64,000 nucleotides of DNA, taken from contig CAVQDF010000006.1 in assembly GCA_963711295.1 (NCBI GenBank), positions 111,464 to 175,463 of the forward strand, read 5' to 3'. Of this stretch, positions 40,750-50,675 are shown in pieces. Made by a program: the position numbers and the translations under genes. Origin of the DNA: an uncultured Cytophagales bacterium. GTDB lineage: Bacteria; Bacteroidota; Bacteroidia; Cytophagales; Hymenobacteraceae. Numbering within the stretch: the stretch's first letter is position 1; every line of letters starts with the position of its first letter. The notes beneath the pieces were generated by a model. The model was not told the origin of the DNA, did not search any database, and saw nothing but the letters and a program-made list of their open reading frames with translations.

Positions 40750-43722
40750 CTAGTACCCGAAAATCTCTTTCAGGGTAAGTTGCTGAACCTGGCCGTACTT
40801 GGCCAGCTCCTTGAAATTGAGGCGGTCTTTGGAGCCGATAACCAGAATGGTCTGGGGCTGGCCTTTCACGCGGGCCTGCTGGAACTTGAGCAGGTCGGCG
40901 AAGCTCATGTTGGCGGTTTGCTCGTACACGTCGCGGCGCAGGTCGTAGTCGAGGCCGAGGCGCTTGGCGCGCTCGTAGCTGAAGAGGATGTCGGACTTGG
41001 TGATGCGCTCGGTGGCGATGCTGTTGCGGATGGCGGCTTTGGCAATCTGCAGGTTGGCTTCGGCCGTGGGCATGTCGTTGAGCAGGGTGTTCATGCCGGC
41101 CATGGCCTCGGGCAGCTTGTCGGCCTGGGTGCCGATGTAGCTCAGTGTTAGTTGGAGCTGCGACCCAGCTTGTCGGCCTTGGCGAAGCGCGACGACGCGG
41201 AGTAGGCCAGGGCCTGGCTCTCGCGCAGCTCCTGAAACACAATGCTACCCATGCTGCCGCCGAAATACTCGTTGTAGAGGCTGGTTGTGGGCACCAGCGC
41301 CTTGTCAAACAGCGGCCCCTTGCTCAGGAACAGGATTTCGGCCTGCACCATGTTGTAGTCGACCCAGTACACTTTGCTTGTTCTGGAGCGGCTGCTCGGT
41401 GAAATCCTTGCTGGCCGGCACGGGCGTGAGCGTGGCGGGCGTCTGGTGGCAGTTGGTTGAGCGTGGAGGTCAGGGCCGCTTCGGGCTTGGGCCCATAGTA
41501 CAGCACCCGGTGCTGGAACGTGGGCAGCTTCTGGATAACGGCGGTGAGCTGCTCGGGCTTCAACGCTTTCAGCTCCTTCTCACTAAGCTGGGTGGTGAAG
41601 GGGTTCTGCGGGCCGTACTTGGCGTAGTTCACCATGGCCTGCTGCAGAATCACGCCCTTGTTGAGCTTGGCGTCGGCGCGGCCTTTCAGCACGCCGGCCA
41701 CCATGTTTTTAAGGGCGGCGGCATCGGGCTTGGGGGCGTGCAGCAGCTGCTCGAACAGCTGCAGAGCCGGCTCCATGTTGCTGTCGAGGCCGCTCAGGCT
41801 CACGAACGTACGGTCCTGGCCGCTGCTCACCGAGAACGAGCAGCCCAGCTTGTAGAACTCCTGCTGCAGCTCGGCGGCCGAGTACTTGCCGGTGCCCAGG
41901 TACTGCAGGTAGTCGGTGGCCAACCCGAGGCGCGGGTCGGTGTTGGTGCCCATATCGAGCACGTAGTACAGGTTGAAGAGGTTGTTTTCCGTCGTTGTGG
42001 GTGTAATAACACCGGGATGCCCGAGGCCAGCTTGGTTTCCTTGATATCCTGCTTGTAATCCACGAATACCGGCTTCAGCTCCGGGTTGGCCATGGCCGTG
42101 ATCTGCTTGTAGAAGTCGGAGGCCACCTCGCGGTTCACGGGTACGGGCGTAATGGCGGGCTTCACGACTTTCACCTTGTTGGGGTCTTCGCCGGTGCGCT
42201 TGTAAATCACGGCGTAGCCGGGGCCGTAGTACTGCTGAGCCACGCGCATCACGTCGGCCTTGGTGATTTTGCCGAAGTCCTCGAACTGCTGGAGGTAGTC
42301 TTTCCAGTCGGTGCGGGCCACGAAGGCGGCCACGAAGGCGCCGGCGCGGGCCTCGTTGCTCTCGTAGCTCTTGGTGCGCTGGAGCTGCTCGTTGTTGATG
42401 ATGGCCGGAATCAGCCACTCCGGGAAGTCGCCTTTCTTCACCTTCTCCAGCTGGCCGAGCAGCAGGTCGCGCACTTCCTCCAGCTTCTGGCCCTGGCGGG
42501 GCGTCGCGTAGAGCACGTGCGAAGAGTAGTCGTTGTTGAGGTCGGTGAATGAGGCCGCCTGCAACACTTTCTGCTGCTGGTTCAGGTTGAGGTCGATCAG
42601 GCCAGCCTGGCCGTTGGTCAGAATCTTGTCGATCATGCGCAGGGCCAGCGCATCGGGGGTATTGGTGCCCGGAAACCGGAAACCCAGCATCACGTTCTCG
42701 GCGCTGGGGCCCACAATTTTCGTTACCACCGGAGCCGTCAGGGGCGCTTCCTTGGCTACTTCAAACGCGGGTACCGGCTTGGCTTTCAACTGGCCAAAAT
42801 ACTTGTCGATAATTCGAATGGTCTGGTCGTAGTCCAGGTCGCCGCTCAGGGTCAGGGCCACGTTGTTGGGCACGTAGTACTTATCGAAATACGCCTTGAT
42901 TTCCGTGATAGACGGATTTTGCAGGTGCTCGATGGTGCCGATGGTGGTTTGGGTGCCGTACTGGTGCTGGCGGTAGAGCGTGCGGTTGAGGGCCTCGTAC
43001 TCCTTGCTGAAGTCGTTGTCGAGGCCCCGGTTTTTCTCCTCGTACACGGCCTCCAGCTCGGTATGGAACAGGCGGGGCACCAACTCGCCCAGCCGCTCGC
43101 TCTGGATGGCAGCCCACTTCTCAATCTGGTTGCTCGGAATATCCTCCTGGTACACCGTCTGCTCGACCGAGGTGTAGGCATTGGAACCCTTCGAGCCGAT
43201 GGCCCCCATCACCTTGTCGTACTCGTTGGCTACGGCGTACTTGGCCGCCACGCCCGAGATGGAGTCGATCTGGTGGTAGGTTTTGCGGCGGGCCACGGGG
43301 TTGTCGCGCTGGGCGCGGTACTGCTCGTAGAGAGCCTCAATCTTGTCCAGCTCCGGCTTTTCGGCCTGCCAGTTCTGGGTGCCCAGGTGCGAGGTGCCCT
43401 TGAACACCATGTGCTCCAGATAGTGGGCCAGGCCGGTCGCGGTGGCCGGGTCGTTCTTGGAACCCGCCCGCACGGCCAGGTAGGTCTGAATCCGGGGGGC
43501 GTCCTTGTAGTCGGAGAGGTAAACCGTCAGGCCGTTGTCGAGGGTGTAGATGCGGGCCTGTAGCGGGTCGCCTTCCACAGTCTGGTACTTGTACTCCTTC
43601 TGCTTAGGTGTAGCGGTGGCTTCGGTGGCAGCAGCGGTAGAAGCAACGGGCTTACTGGTTTGACACTGGGTCAGGCCCAGGGTAGCCAGGGCCGGAACGA
43701 GAAGCAGAAGGGGTTTTTTCAC
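40750..43722 (-). CDS. M16 family (insulinase-like) zinc peptidase lipoprotein (frameshifts near 42005, 41385, 41147)
   Basis: [14 protein letters not shown] (HxxEH), [39 protein letters not shown]. Confidence 0.88.
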
Positions 43723-43764
43723 AGGAAAACCAAGTCGGGGAGCGGCAGAAGGGAAGTAGAACGT

Positions 43765-43772
43765 CAAAGATA
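43765..43772 (-). promoter_or_regulatory. Bacteroidota sigma-A -7 element
   Basis: TATCTTTG on the minus strand upstream of the M16 gene. Confidence 0.55.
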
Positions 43773-43842
43773 GGCGACCCCCCCGGGAATAAAAAGCCCC
43801 ACTACACCCGCGCGCCTTCCAAGTCCGAAAAAATGCTTATAG

Positions 43843-43973
43843 GATCACGAATTAGCGCGGATTTTAACGGATTTCACGGATTTTGTAGACGGTACGAGGC
43901 GCAACTACCGCTCCTCCGTGGCCTCCCCCACAAAATCCGTGAAATCCGTTAAAATCCGCGCTAATCCGTGATC
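43843..43973. repeat. Inverted array of CACGGATTT-type 9/10-mers (44-bp arms, 1 mismatch)
   Basis: GATCACGAATTAGCGCGGATTTTAACGGATTTCACGGATTTTGT...ACAAAATCCGTGAAATCCGTTAAAATCCGCGCTAATCCGTGATC. Confidence 0.88.
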
Positions 43974-44802
43974 AGTCGGCATCCAGCCCCAGGCGCTGCT
44001 TCATCTGGGCCAGCATGGGGTACTTTTCGGTCAGGTACTCTAGCTTGTCGGTGGCGGTGTAGAGCTTGCGGCCGGTTTCCTGACGCTCTACCACGCTCAC
44101 CTGCACGTTGAGGCGGGGGTAGCCGGAACGGCGGCGCAATTCGCCCAGGAAATCGGCCCGGAAGTCGTTGAACTGGTCTTCCTGCACCGGATTATCCACC
44201 TGCAGCAGAATCAGGTGCTGGTCGTTGGCCTGTACCGGGCGCTTAAGGATGCTGTAGTGCATCATGCTGATGGCCTTGCGCTCCTCGGTCAGCTCCTGCC
44301 ACACGCGCTGCAGCGTGGCATCGTCGATAGGCGGCAGGCCCGTAACGGGGCCGCTGGGCTCGGTTTCGGCGCTGGCTTTGCCGGCGGCGGCCTGCTCGGC
44401 CAGCTTGGCCTTCATGGCGTTCAGGCTGCCTAGCCCGGGTAGCTTGGTGCCCAGGCCCAGGGGCTTGCCCGCGGGTGCTCCCCCTGGTTTGGGCATGGGC
44501 GGGGGCAGCGGCGCGGCCGTAACAGGCGTCTGGCCCGGCTCGTGCCCGGCCACGCTGGGCCGCCCGATTTCAATGTGGGGCACCGTGTCGCGGAGCTGGC
44601 CGGTGGTGGGCACCTGGGTGGCCGTTTCGTCCTCGATGCTGGGCGTGTCGTGCAGCTCGTCCACGCCGCTTTCCACCGGCACAATGGGCTCGGGGTCGGC
44701 GGGGGCCGACTGGTTGGTTGGTTGGTGGCGTCTGGTGGTTGGGCTGTTGGGGCAGCGCGGCTGATGCTGCGGTGTACGTAGCCGGCGCTTCGGCCGTACC
44801 AT
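43972..44802 (-). CDS. DNA polymerase III tau C-terminal part (out of frame with dnaX)
   Basis: Pro-rich linker then LQRVWQEL...VDNPVQ...LYTATDKLEYLTEKYPMLAQMKQRLGLD, typical of the Bacteroidota tau C-terminus; no convincing start of its own. Confidence 0.72.
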   Translation of the reverse strand: MVRPKRRLRTPQHQPRCPNSPTTRRHQPTNQSAPADPEPIVPVESGVDELHDTPSIEDETATQVPTTGQLRDTVPHIEIGRPSVAGHEPGQTPVTAAPLPPPMPKPGGAPAGKPLGLGTKLPGLGSLNAMKAKLAEQAAAGKASAETEPSGPVTGLPPIDDATLQRVWQELTEERKAISMMHYSILKRPVQANDQHLILLQVDNPVQEDQFNDFRADFLGELRRRSGYPRLNVQVSVVERQETGRKLYTATDKLEYLTEKYPMLAQMKQRLGLDAD

Positions 44803-44842
44803 CGGCTACCAGCTGGCCGGCAGGGGCCGGGGCGGCCGGAGC

Positions 44843-46114
44843 TTACGCTACTTTTTTTTTCGCCTCGCCGTTGCTGGCGGAGGCGGGGGCGGCGGTCAGG
44901 TCGCGGGCAAACTGCACGGCGCCGTTGAGGTAGGCCAGCTTCATGAGCATGAGCTCCACGTGCAGGCGCTGGTTTTTGGCCTGCTTGAACTCCCGGTCGC
45001 AGAGGCTGACCAGATTCAGCGACGACAGCAGAAAGGCCAGCGAAGCCGCCTGGGCCTGCTGCACGTAGCGGGCCCGGATGTTGTCCGACACTTCCAGCAG
45101 CTGCACCGTTACGGGGTCTTTGCACACGAGCAGGCCGCGCAGGTGCTCGGCCGCGCCCACCACGAAGTTGTGCAGGTCGAAGCCGTTCTGCATCACTTCT
45201 TCGAGCAGCAGCAGCGTGGCGCTCAGGTTCTCGGTCAGCAGGGCGTCAATCAGGCGGAAGTAGTACTCGTAATCCAGAATGTGCAGGTTCTGAATCACGT
45301 CCTGGTAGCGCAGGTTCTGGCCCGAGAAGGTCACCATCTGGTCGAACATGCTCAGGGCGTCGCGCAGGCCACCATCGGCTTTCTGGGCCAGCAGGTGCAG
45401 GGCGTCGTCTTCGGCCTGAATCTGTTCTTCGGTGGCCACGTAGCGCAGGTGGCTGCGGATGTCATCAACCCGAATCCGGTTGAAGTCGAAGACCTGGCAG
45501 CGCGACAGAATCGTGGGGATGATTTTGTGGCGCTCGGTGGTAGCCAGAATGAAGATGGCGTAGCCCGGCGGCTCCTCCAGCGTCTTCAGAAACGCGTTGA
45601 AAGCCGCGTTCGAGAGCATGTGCACCTCATCGATGATGTACACTTTGTAGCGGCCCTGCTGGGGGGCGTAGCGCACCTGCTCCACGAGGCTGCGAATATC
45701 CTCGACCGAGTTGTTGGAGGCCGCATCGAGCTCGTGCACGTTGAACGAGGCGTTTTCCTGGAAGGCCCGGCACGAGCCGCACTTGCCGCAGGCTTCGAGC
45801 TCGAAGGGCGTGTTATCGGGGTCGGCGGCCGTCAGCAGGGCCTCGGGCACGATGTCGGGCTGGGCCTGAATCAGCTCCGAAACTGAGCGGCCCCGGCGCA
45901 CGTGCTCCTCCACAAACTCGCAGTTGATGGTTTTGGCCAGAATGCGGGCGCAGGTGGTTTTGCCTACCCCCCGGGGGCCGCAAAACAGGAAGGCCTGGGC
46001 CAGATGCTGGGAGGCAATGGCGTTTTGGAGGGTGGTAGTGACGTGCTGCTGCCCCACCACGCTACGAAACGTGGCCGGGCGGTACTTACGGGCCGAAACA
46101 ACAAAATTTTCCAT
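44843..46114 (-). CDS. dnaX: DNA polymerase III subunit gamma/tau
   Basis: VSARKYRP, GPRGVGKTT, ELDAASNNSV, IIDEVHML, ILSRCQ; ends at GEAKKKVA* on an A9G run. Confidence 0.95.
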   Translation of the reverse strand: MENFVVSARKYRPATFRSVVGQQHVTTTLQNAIASQHLAQAFLFCGPRGVGKTTCARILAKTINCEFVEEHVRRGRSVSELIQAQPDIVPEALLTAADPDNTPFELEACGKCGSCRAFQENASFNVHELDAASNNSVEDIRSLVEQVRYAPQQGRYKVYIIDEVHMLSNAAFNAFLKTLEEPPGYAIFILATTERHKIIPTILSRCQVFDFNRIRVDDIRSHLRYVATEEQIQAEDDALHLLAQKADGGLRDALSMFDQMVTFSGQNLRYQDVIQNLHILDYEYYFRLIDALLTENLSATLLLLEEVMQNGFDLHNFVVGAAEHLRGLLVCKDPVTVQLLEVSDNIRARYVQQAQAASLAFLLSSLNLVSLCDREFKQAKNQRLHVELMLMKLAYLNGAVQFARDLTAAPASASNGEAKKKVA

Positions 46115-46126
46115 ACGAGCTAAAGG

Positions 46127-46134
46127 CAAAGATA
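46127..46134 (-). promoter_or_regulatory. Bacteroidota sigma-A -7 element for dnaX
   Basis: TATCTTTG, 12 nt upstream of the ATG. Confidence 0.55.
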
Positions 46135-46294
46135 CCCCGAAAAGCCCGGCTTTGGAAGGCTGCTGCCGTGTCATTATGGCGGATTGGCCAGCTCAGGTAC
46201 CGAGAGAACTTTTTTAGCCTCTCGCAACGTTTCTACTGCAACGTGCGTACATTCGCACCCCGCTATTCGTGGCGGGTATCGTTCTTTCACAACT

Positions 46295-46662
46295 GGGGCT
46301 GACCGGAATTGACAGCTTGTGCATGTCGCGAGTAAGCGTGTCGGGAGTTGGATGAATCTCCCGTAAAAAAAGTTGTCCAAACAATAACTGGCGAGTATAG
46401 CTACGCCATGGCTGCCTAGTCTAGGACTACGTAATTGCCATCGTCCCGCACCCGTAATCCTGCTCACGGGTGAGTTCGGGGCGTCGTAAGAGTTGGGATA
46501 GTTCGTGGGGCACTGTGACCCACGGGCGAAACTCAAACAGATAAGGGGAAACCAAGGGCCTGATGTGCGCCTGGTTTCTCACGAAAATTCAAGCATAGAT
46601 ACACACGTAGAAAACTCGACGCCTTCCTTGTCTGGACCAGAGTTCGAATCTCTGCAGCTCCA
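46295..46662 (+). ncRNA. ssrA: tmRNA
   Basis: 5' GGGGCTGACCGGAATTGACAG; tag ORF at 46390-46419 (GEYSYAMAA*) after ATAACT; T-arm CAGAG-TTCGAAT-CTCTG; 3' acceptor CAGCTCC-A; CCA not encoded. Confidence 0.95.
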
Positions 46663-46676
46663 CTTCTGAACGATGC

Positions 46677-46714
46677 AAAACCCCGTTGGCCTTTCTGGCT
46701 GGCGGGGTTTTTTT
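46677..46714 (+). terminator. Terminator after ssrA
   Basis: AAAACCCCG...CGGGGTTTTTTT. Confidence 0.75.
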
Positions 46715-46980
46715 GTTGTCCGGATTTTTGCCTCGGCCTCATGATGGCTGATCTGAACAGTGACCAATTTTCCTATTGATAATCAGATGGTTATTAAAGA
46801 TGATAGGTTTCGTGCTGCCCGGGTTATGGTTGTGCTAATCTCATCTAAAGCGCTGGTATATAGTATTTTATAAGAGTTAAAAATTCGGGCTTTCCTAGCC
46901 GGATGATTGCCAAAAACGTATAGTTGACCATCGGCTCTGCATGGGCCGAGCAGCTAACCAATCATCAACATCAGGTGTCA

Positions 46981-47355
46981 ATGAAAACGAATTTCCTATT
47001 GGCCGCGGCCCTGCTCGTAAGCGCAGCTACGGCCGCTTCAGCCCAGACTACGCCCACCGGTACGCCCCGAAGCGGCACGATGAACCAGTCGACTATGCCG
47101 CTGCCTAATCCGGCTAACCCAACCACCAACCCCGGTACGCTCGACCAGCGTACGCCAACCATGAGCAACCCCACCCAAACCAGCGTGGGCACCCTGGACC
47201 GCACGCCCGCGATAGAAAGCCAGGCAACCCTGGATGCCAACCGTCGCGCCGCTACTACTATGGGCACTACCGCGCCTCGTCGGAGCAACCGTAGCACCAA
47301 ACGCTCGACCCGTAAGGCCAATGCGCCCCGCAGCACTACCCCGATGGGGCAGTAA
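46981..47355 (+). CDS. Hypothetical secreted low-complexity protein
   Basis: Signal peptide MKTNFLLAAALLVSAATAASAQ; Thr/Pro-rich body and basic tail. Confidence 0.7.
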   Translation: MKTNFLLAAALLVSAATAASAQTTPTGTPRSGTMNQSTMPLPNPANPTTNPGTLDQRTPTMSNPTQTSVGTLDRTPAIESQATLDANRRAATTMGTTAPRRSNRSTKRSTRKANAPRSTTPMGQ

Positions 47356-47441
47356 TTAGGTACTATTATTATGCGAAAAAGCCGCCCTGTGCACTACGGG
47401 GCGGCTTTTATATGGCTGTAAAGCAAGGGCTGTAAACCCTC

Positions 47442-47789
47442 TTAGGCCTTCTGCTCTAACTGGCCCCCGGCCTTGAGCAGCAGGTCGGACAGGGCCGTAA
47501 GGTTGCTGCGGATTTCGGCGGGTGCCTGGGCCACTACTTCGGCCGTTTGGGTGGCCAGCATGCTCAGTGAACGGCCAATGGCCGGGGCGTTCAGGCCCAC
47601 ATCACCCTCGCTAAGCAAAGACTGAAGGTTGCCGATTTCGCGGCCGATATCCTGGAGGCGGGGCTCGCCGCTTTGCAGCAGGTGCTGCTGCCAGGTTTCG
47701 GTGTTGTCCTGGGCGGCGCTGAGCGGAATGCCGGTAAGGCCGTTGCTAAGCGAGTGAATGGTGGCGTTGAGGAGGTCGGTGAAAATCAT
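47442..47789 (-). CDS. Hypothetical protein
   Basis: 115 aa helical ORF with host codon usage. Confidence 0.65.
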   Translation of the reverse strand: MIFTDLLNATIHSLSNGLTGIPLSAAQDNTETWQQHLLQSGEPRLQDIGREIGNLQSLLSEGDVGLNAPAIGRSLSMLATQTAEVVAQAPAEIRSNLTALSDLLLKAGGQLEQKA

Positions 47790-47859
47790 AGGGAGGAAAA
47801 GCTAAAAACGATGAAATGGCCCGTAGGCAAGTCTGCTTACGTAAAACGGCCGCCAACGG

Positions 47860-48783
47860 TCAGGTGGCCGCTGGAGTGGCTGGGCCCGCGGCGGGCAGCA
47901 GCCCCCCGGCCCGGAGCATGGCGCAGGCCCGGTGGGCGCTGGCTTCCTTGTCTTTTATTTCGAGCATAATATCGGCGTCGAGGTCGCCTAAGTCCTGCAG
48001 GAAGCCCTGAAACAAGCTGTCTTCGAGGGTGGGGGTGTGCTTGCCTTTTCGCTCGCCGGGGGCCTGGGAGCTGTAGTCCATCATCATTACCCCATCGCGC
48101 AGGGGGTGCCAGGTAGCGGCCGCCAGGCGCAGGGCCTCAGCCATCGGCTCGCCGTGGTTGAGGCATTCGTGGTGAAAATTGTCGAAGAGCACCGGAATGC
48201 CCACTGCCGCGTGTACCCGTAAGCAGTCCTGGAGGCTGAACAGGCGGTCGTCGTTTTCAATTACGAGGCGGGCCCGCACGGCTTCGGGCAGGCGCTGGTA
48301 GGTGGTAATGAAGCGGCTGATGGCCAGCTCCCGGTCGTTGTAGAGGCCTCCCACGTGAATCTGGAGCTTGTGGGTGGAGTCAAGCCCCATCAAATCAAGC
48401 ATCGACCCTTGGTAAACCAGCTCCTGAATGCTGCGCTCCACGATGCCCGCGTCGGGCGAGTTGAGCACCACAAACTGGTCGGGGTGGAACGATATGCGCA
48501 GGCGCTGGGCCCGGATATAGTCGCCCAGGGCCCGAAATTCGGCGGCAAAATGCGTTTGCCAGGGAAATGTATTGACGGGGTGGGAGCCGAAGGGCACTAC
48601 GCCGGAGCCGATGCGAAAGAACAACAGCCCGTGCTGCACATTCCATTCCAGAATCCGGCGCAGGCACCGTAAGTTATTGCCCACGGTCAGTTCCAGCCGC
48701 TCATCAGAGTAAGAAGCCAGCCGAAACGTGCTGGTCGAGGTGCAGTCGAGTGATTCGTTTACGCAAGGATAGCCGATTCGCAT
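47860..48783 (-). CDS. uvsE: UV DNA damage endonuclease
   Basis: MRIGYPC, FFRIGS, SFHPDQFVVLNSP, IHVGG, LVIENDD, FDNFHH, DIMLEIKDKE. Confidence 0.93.
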   Translation of the reverse strand: MRIGYPCVNESLDCTSTSTFRLASYSDERLELTVGNNLRCLRRILEWNVQHGLLFFRIGSGVVPFGSHPVNTFPWQTHFAAEFRALGDYIRAQRLRISFHPDQFVVLNSPDAGIVERSIQELVYQGSMLDLMGLDSTHKLQIHVGGLYNDRELAISRFITTYQRLPEAVRARLVIENDDRLFSLQDCLRVHAAVGIPVLFDNFHHECLNHGEPMAEALRLAAATWHPLRDGVMMMDYSSQAPGERKGKHTPTLEDSLFQGFLQDLGDLDADIMLEIKDKEASAHRACAMLRAGGLLPAAGPATPAAT

Positions 48784-48938
48784 GGTATGGTCGTGGAATG
48801 ATGGTTCCAAGGGCATACGGCAAAGCAACTCAAATGGCCTAGCTATTTCATGTTGCCACCAGCTAGTGCGCCTGCTTGCCGCACGTCAGCCCGGGTGCTC
48901 CGTTTTTGCTGGCTTCCAGCGCCCCGGTCAGGCATTTT

Positions 48939-49616
48939 CTACTCGTAGCCCCGGTTGTCTTTGAAATTGCGGTTGTAGCGGCGGCGGTCCTGAGCCGCCT
49001 TTTGGGCCGCCTTTTGGGCAGCTTCGGCGGCCTCAATGTCGCGCATCTTCTGGCGCTCCTTGCCGGCCCTGGAGAACTGCTCGTACAGCAAACTCACCGG
49101 GCTGGCCAGCGTGGGCACGGGCGCTTTGGGAGCAGCCGAATCGACGGGGAACAGTGGCTTAGGGGCGGGCGGGCGCTTCACGGCGCTGGTGGGTGCGGTG
49201 CTGGGCCGCTTGATGTTGCGCAGGGCCCGGTTGATAACGGCCCGGTCGGGCCGGCCCTCGGTAATGCGGACTTCGCCCAGTTGCACGGTGTCGGGCTGGA
49301 GCTTGATCTGGACGATGAGCTGGGAAAGGCCAGTGCCGCCGAGTGGCAGCAGTTGCGCCTTAAAGCCCACGGCCCGAAACACGAGCGTATCGGTGCGGCT
49401 GGCCGAGAGGCCAAAATCGCCGCTGGCATCGGCCACCACAGCCAGCTGGGTGCGCCGCACCATAACGGAAGCACCAGGAATAGGCTTGCGCGAGCCGGCT
49501 TCCGATACGCGACCCGTTACGCGCACCTGGGCCCCGGCCAGCCCGGCCAGTAACAACAGCGGCACCAGCAGCAACCAGCCACGAACCAGGGAAACAGACA
49601 AACGAGGAAAAAGCAT
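48939..49616 (-). CDS. Carboxypeptidase-regulatory-like domain protein
   Basis: Signal peptide; GRVSE...PIPGASV, DTLVFRAVGF, LGEVRI, SPVSLLYEQFS. Confidence 0.78.
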   Translation of the reverse strand: MLFPRLSVSLVRGWLLLVPLLLLAGLAGAQVRVTGRVSEAGSRKPIPGASVMVRRTQLAVVADASGDFGLSASRTDTLVFRAVGFKAQLLPLGGTGLSQLIVQIKLQPDTVQLGEVRITEGRPDRAVINRALRNIKRPSTAPTSAVKRPPAPKPLFPVDSAAPKAPVPTLASPVSLLYEQFSRAGKERQKMRDIEAAEAAQKAAQKAAQDRRRYNRNFKDNRGYE

Positions 49617-49789
49617 CAACAGACAAACTAACGCACCCTGGCTCGGGAAAACGAATAAAACCTGCCAGCGCCCCGACTTCATCGGCGCGCTAATGCCGGA
49701 AGGAGACAAAAAGAGCCCGCACCGTTGCAGGTGCGGGCTCCTAAAGCATAGCAAAATGGCGGCCGAAATAACCCGGCGCGGCCAATGTG

Positions 49790-50455
49790 CTACTTAATAA
49801 CGGTTTTGCCGCCGTCGGCAGGCTTCATTTTAACGGTGCCGTCGTCGGCGGCCATTTTGGCCTTGTTGCCTTCGGCATCCTTCATTTTAACGTCGCCGTC
49901 GGCCTTTACCTTCAGCTTGTTGCCCGCGTCGTCCTTCATTTTAGAGCCGGCCTCCATCGAGTTATCCATGTCGGCCGAGGAGGCGTTCATGTTGTCCGAC
50001 GAACCCATGCTGCTGTTGTCCATGTACCGCTCGTCGTAGTAATTGCTACGGCTGTTTTCGTAGGCCGAATACTGCGTAGGGTCGGTGAAGACGGTTTTCA
50101 TCTCTGCGTCGGTGTTGTTGTACACGTCGCGGCGGGCGGCGGCCATGCCCGTCGTGTCGGTCATGTACTTCTGGTTGAGCTCGGCCATGCGCTGGCCGCG
50201 GGTCGCGTAGATGTCGCGCACCCGGGTGCGGGTAGCATCGTCGAACTTCATGCTCGTAGCCATGTCGTTGGCCATGCGGTCGGCGCGGCTGTTAACGGCC
50301 TCCGGCGAGTAATCCATGCTCGTGGAGGTAGTCGTGGTCGTCGTGGTGGTGGTCGTCATGTCGTCGGTAGCGGCGGTATCGGCCGTTTTGTTTTCCGAGC
50401 ATGAGCCGAGCGAGAAGGCCGCGGCGGCCGAGAGCAGAAGCAGGGTCTTTTTCAT
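49790..50455 (-). CDS. Hypothetical lipoprotein with C-terminal K/D beta-hairpin repeats
   Basis: Lipobox LGSC; Thr tract; KDDAGNKLKVKADGDVK / KDAEGNKAKMAADDGTVK. Confidence 0.78.
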   Translation of the reverse strand: MKKTLLLLSAAAAFSLGSCSENKTADTAATDDMTTTTTTTTTTSTSMDYSPEAVNSRADRMANDMATSMKFDDATRTRVRDIYATRGQRMAELNQKYMTDTTGMAAARRDVYNNTDAEMKTVFTDPTQYSAYENSRSNYYDERYMDNSSMGSSDNMNASSADMDNSMEAGSKMKDDAGNKLKVKADGDVKMKDAEGNKAKMAADDGTVKMKPADGGKTVIK

Positions 50456-50532
50456 GGGAGGGGATGAAAAGTCAGAATAAAAGAGAAAGGGGAAAAAGAG
50501 AGAATGGCGCGTATACGGAACGGCCTGTCCCG

Positions 50533-50675
50533 AAGTTTATAAGTTTGAATGTTTTGAAGTTAGAAAGTGAAACGGGCGTGGGGCAGGCGCGGAAAACGCG
50601 CAGACGCTACCGCCATTTCTCATCCTGCCAGCTGCGTACTCTTTTTACTTCTCAACTCCCAAACTTCCCCTTCAT
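50533..50675. repeat. Degenerate inverted octamer arrays
   Basis: AAGTTTAT AAGTTTGA ATGTTTTG AAGTTAGA AAGTGAAA ... TTTACTT CTCAACTC CCAAACTT. Confidence 0.5.

Noticed and set aside
46630-46665. tRNA gene suggested by the GTTCGAATC T-loop
   Set aside because: It is the tRNA-like 3' domain of tmRNA; there is no anticodon arm.
46174-46767. ORFs 46174..46536, 46533..46742 and 46579..46767
   Set aside because: They are antisense to the tmRNA gene and spurious.
50325-50360. (GTC/GTG)n trinucleotide run
   Set aside because: It simply encodes the Thr-rich linker of a lipoprotein.
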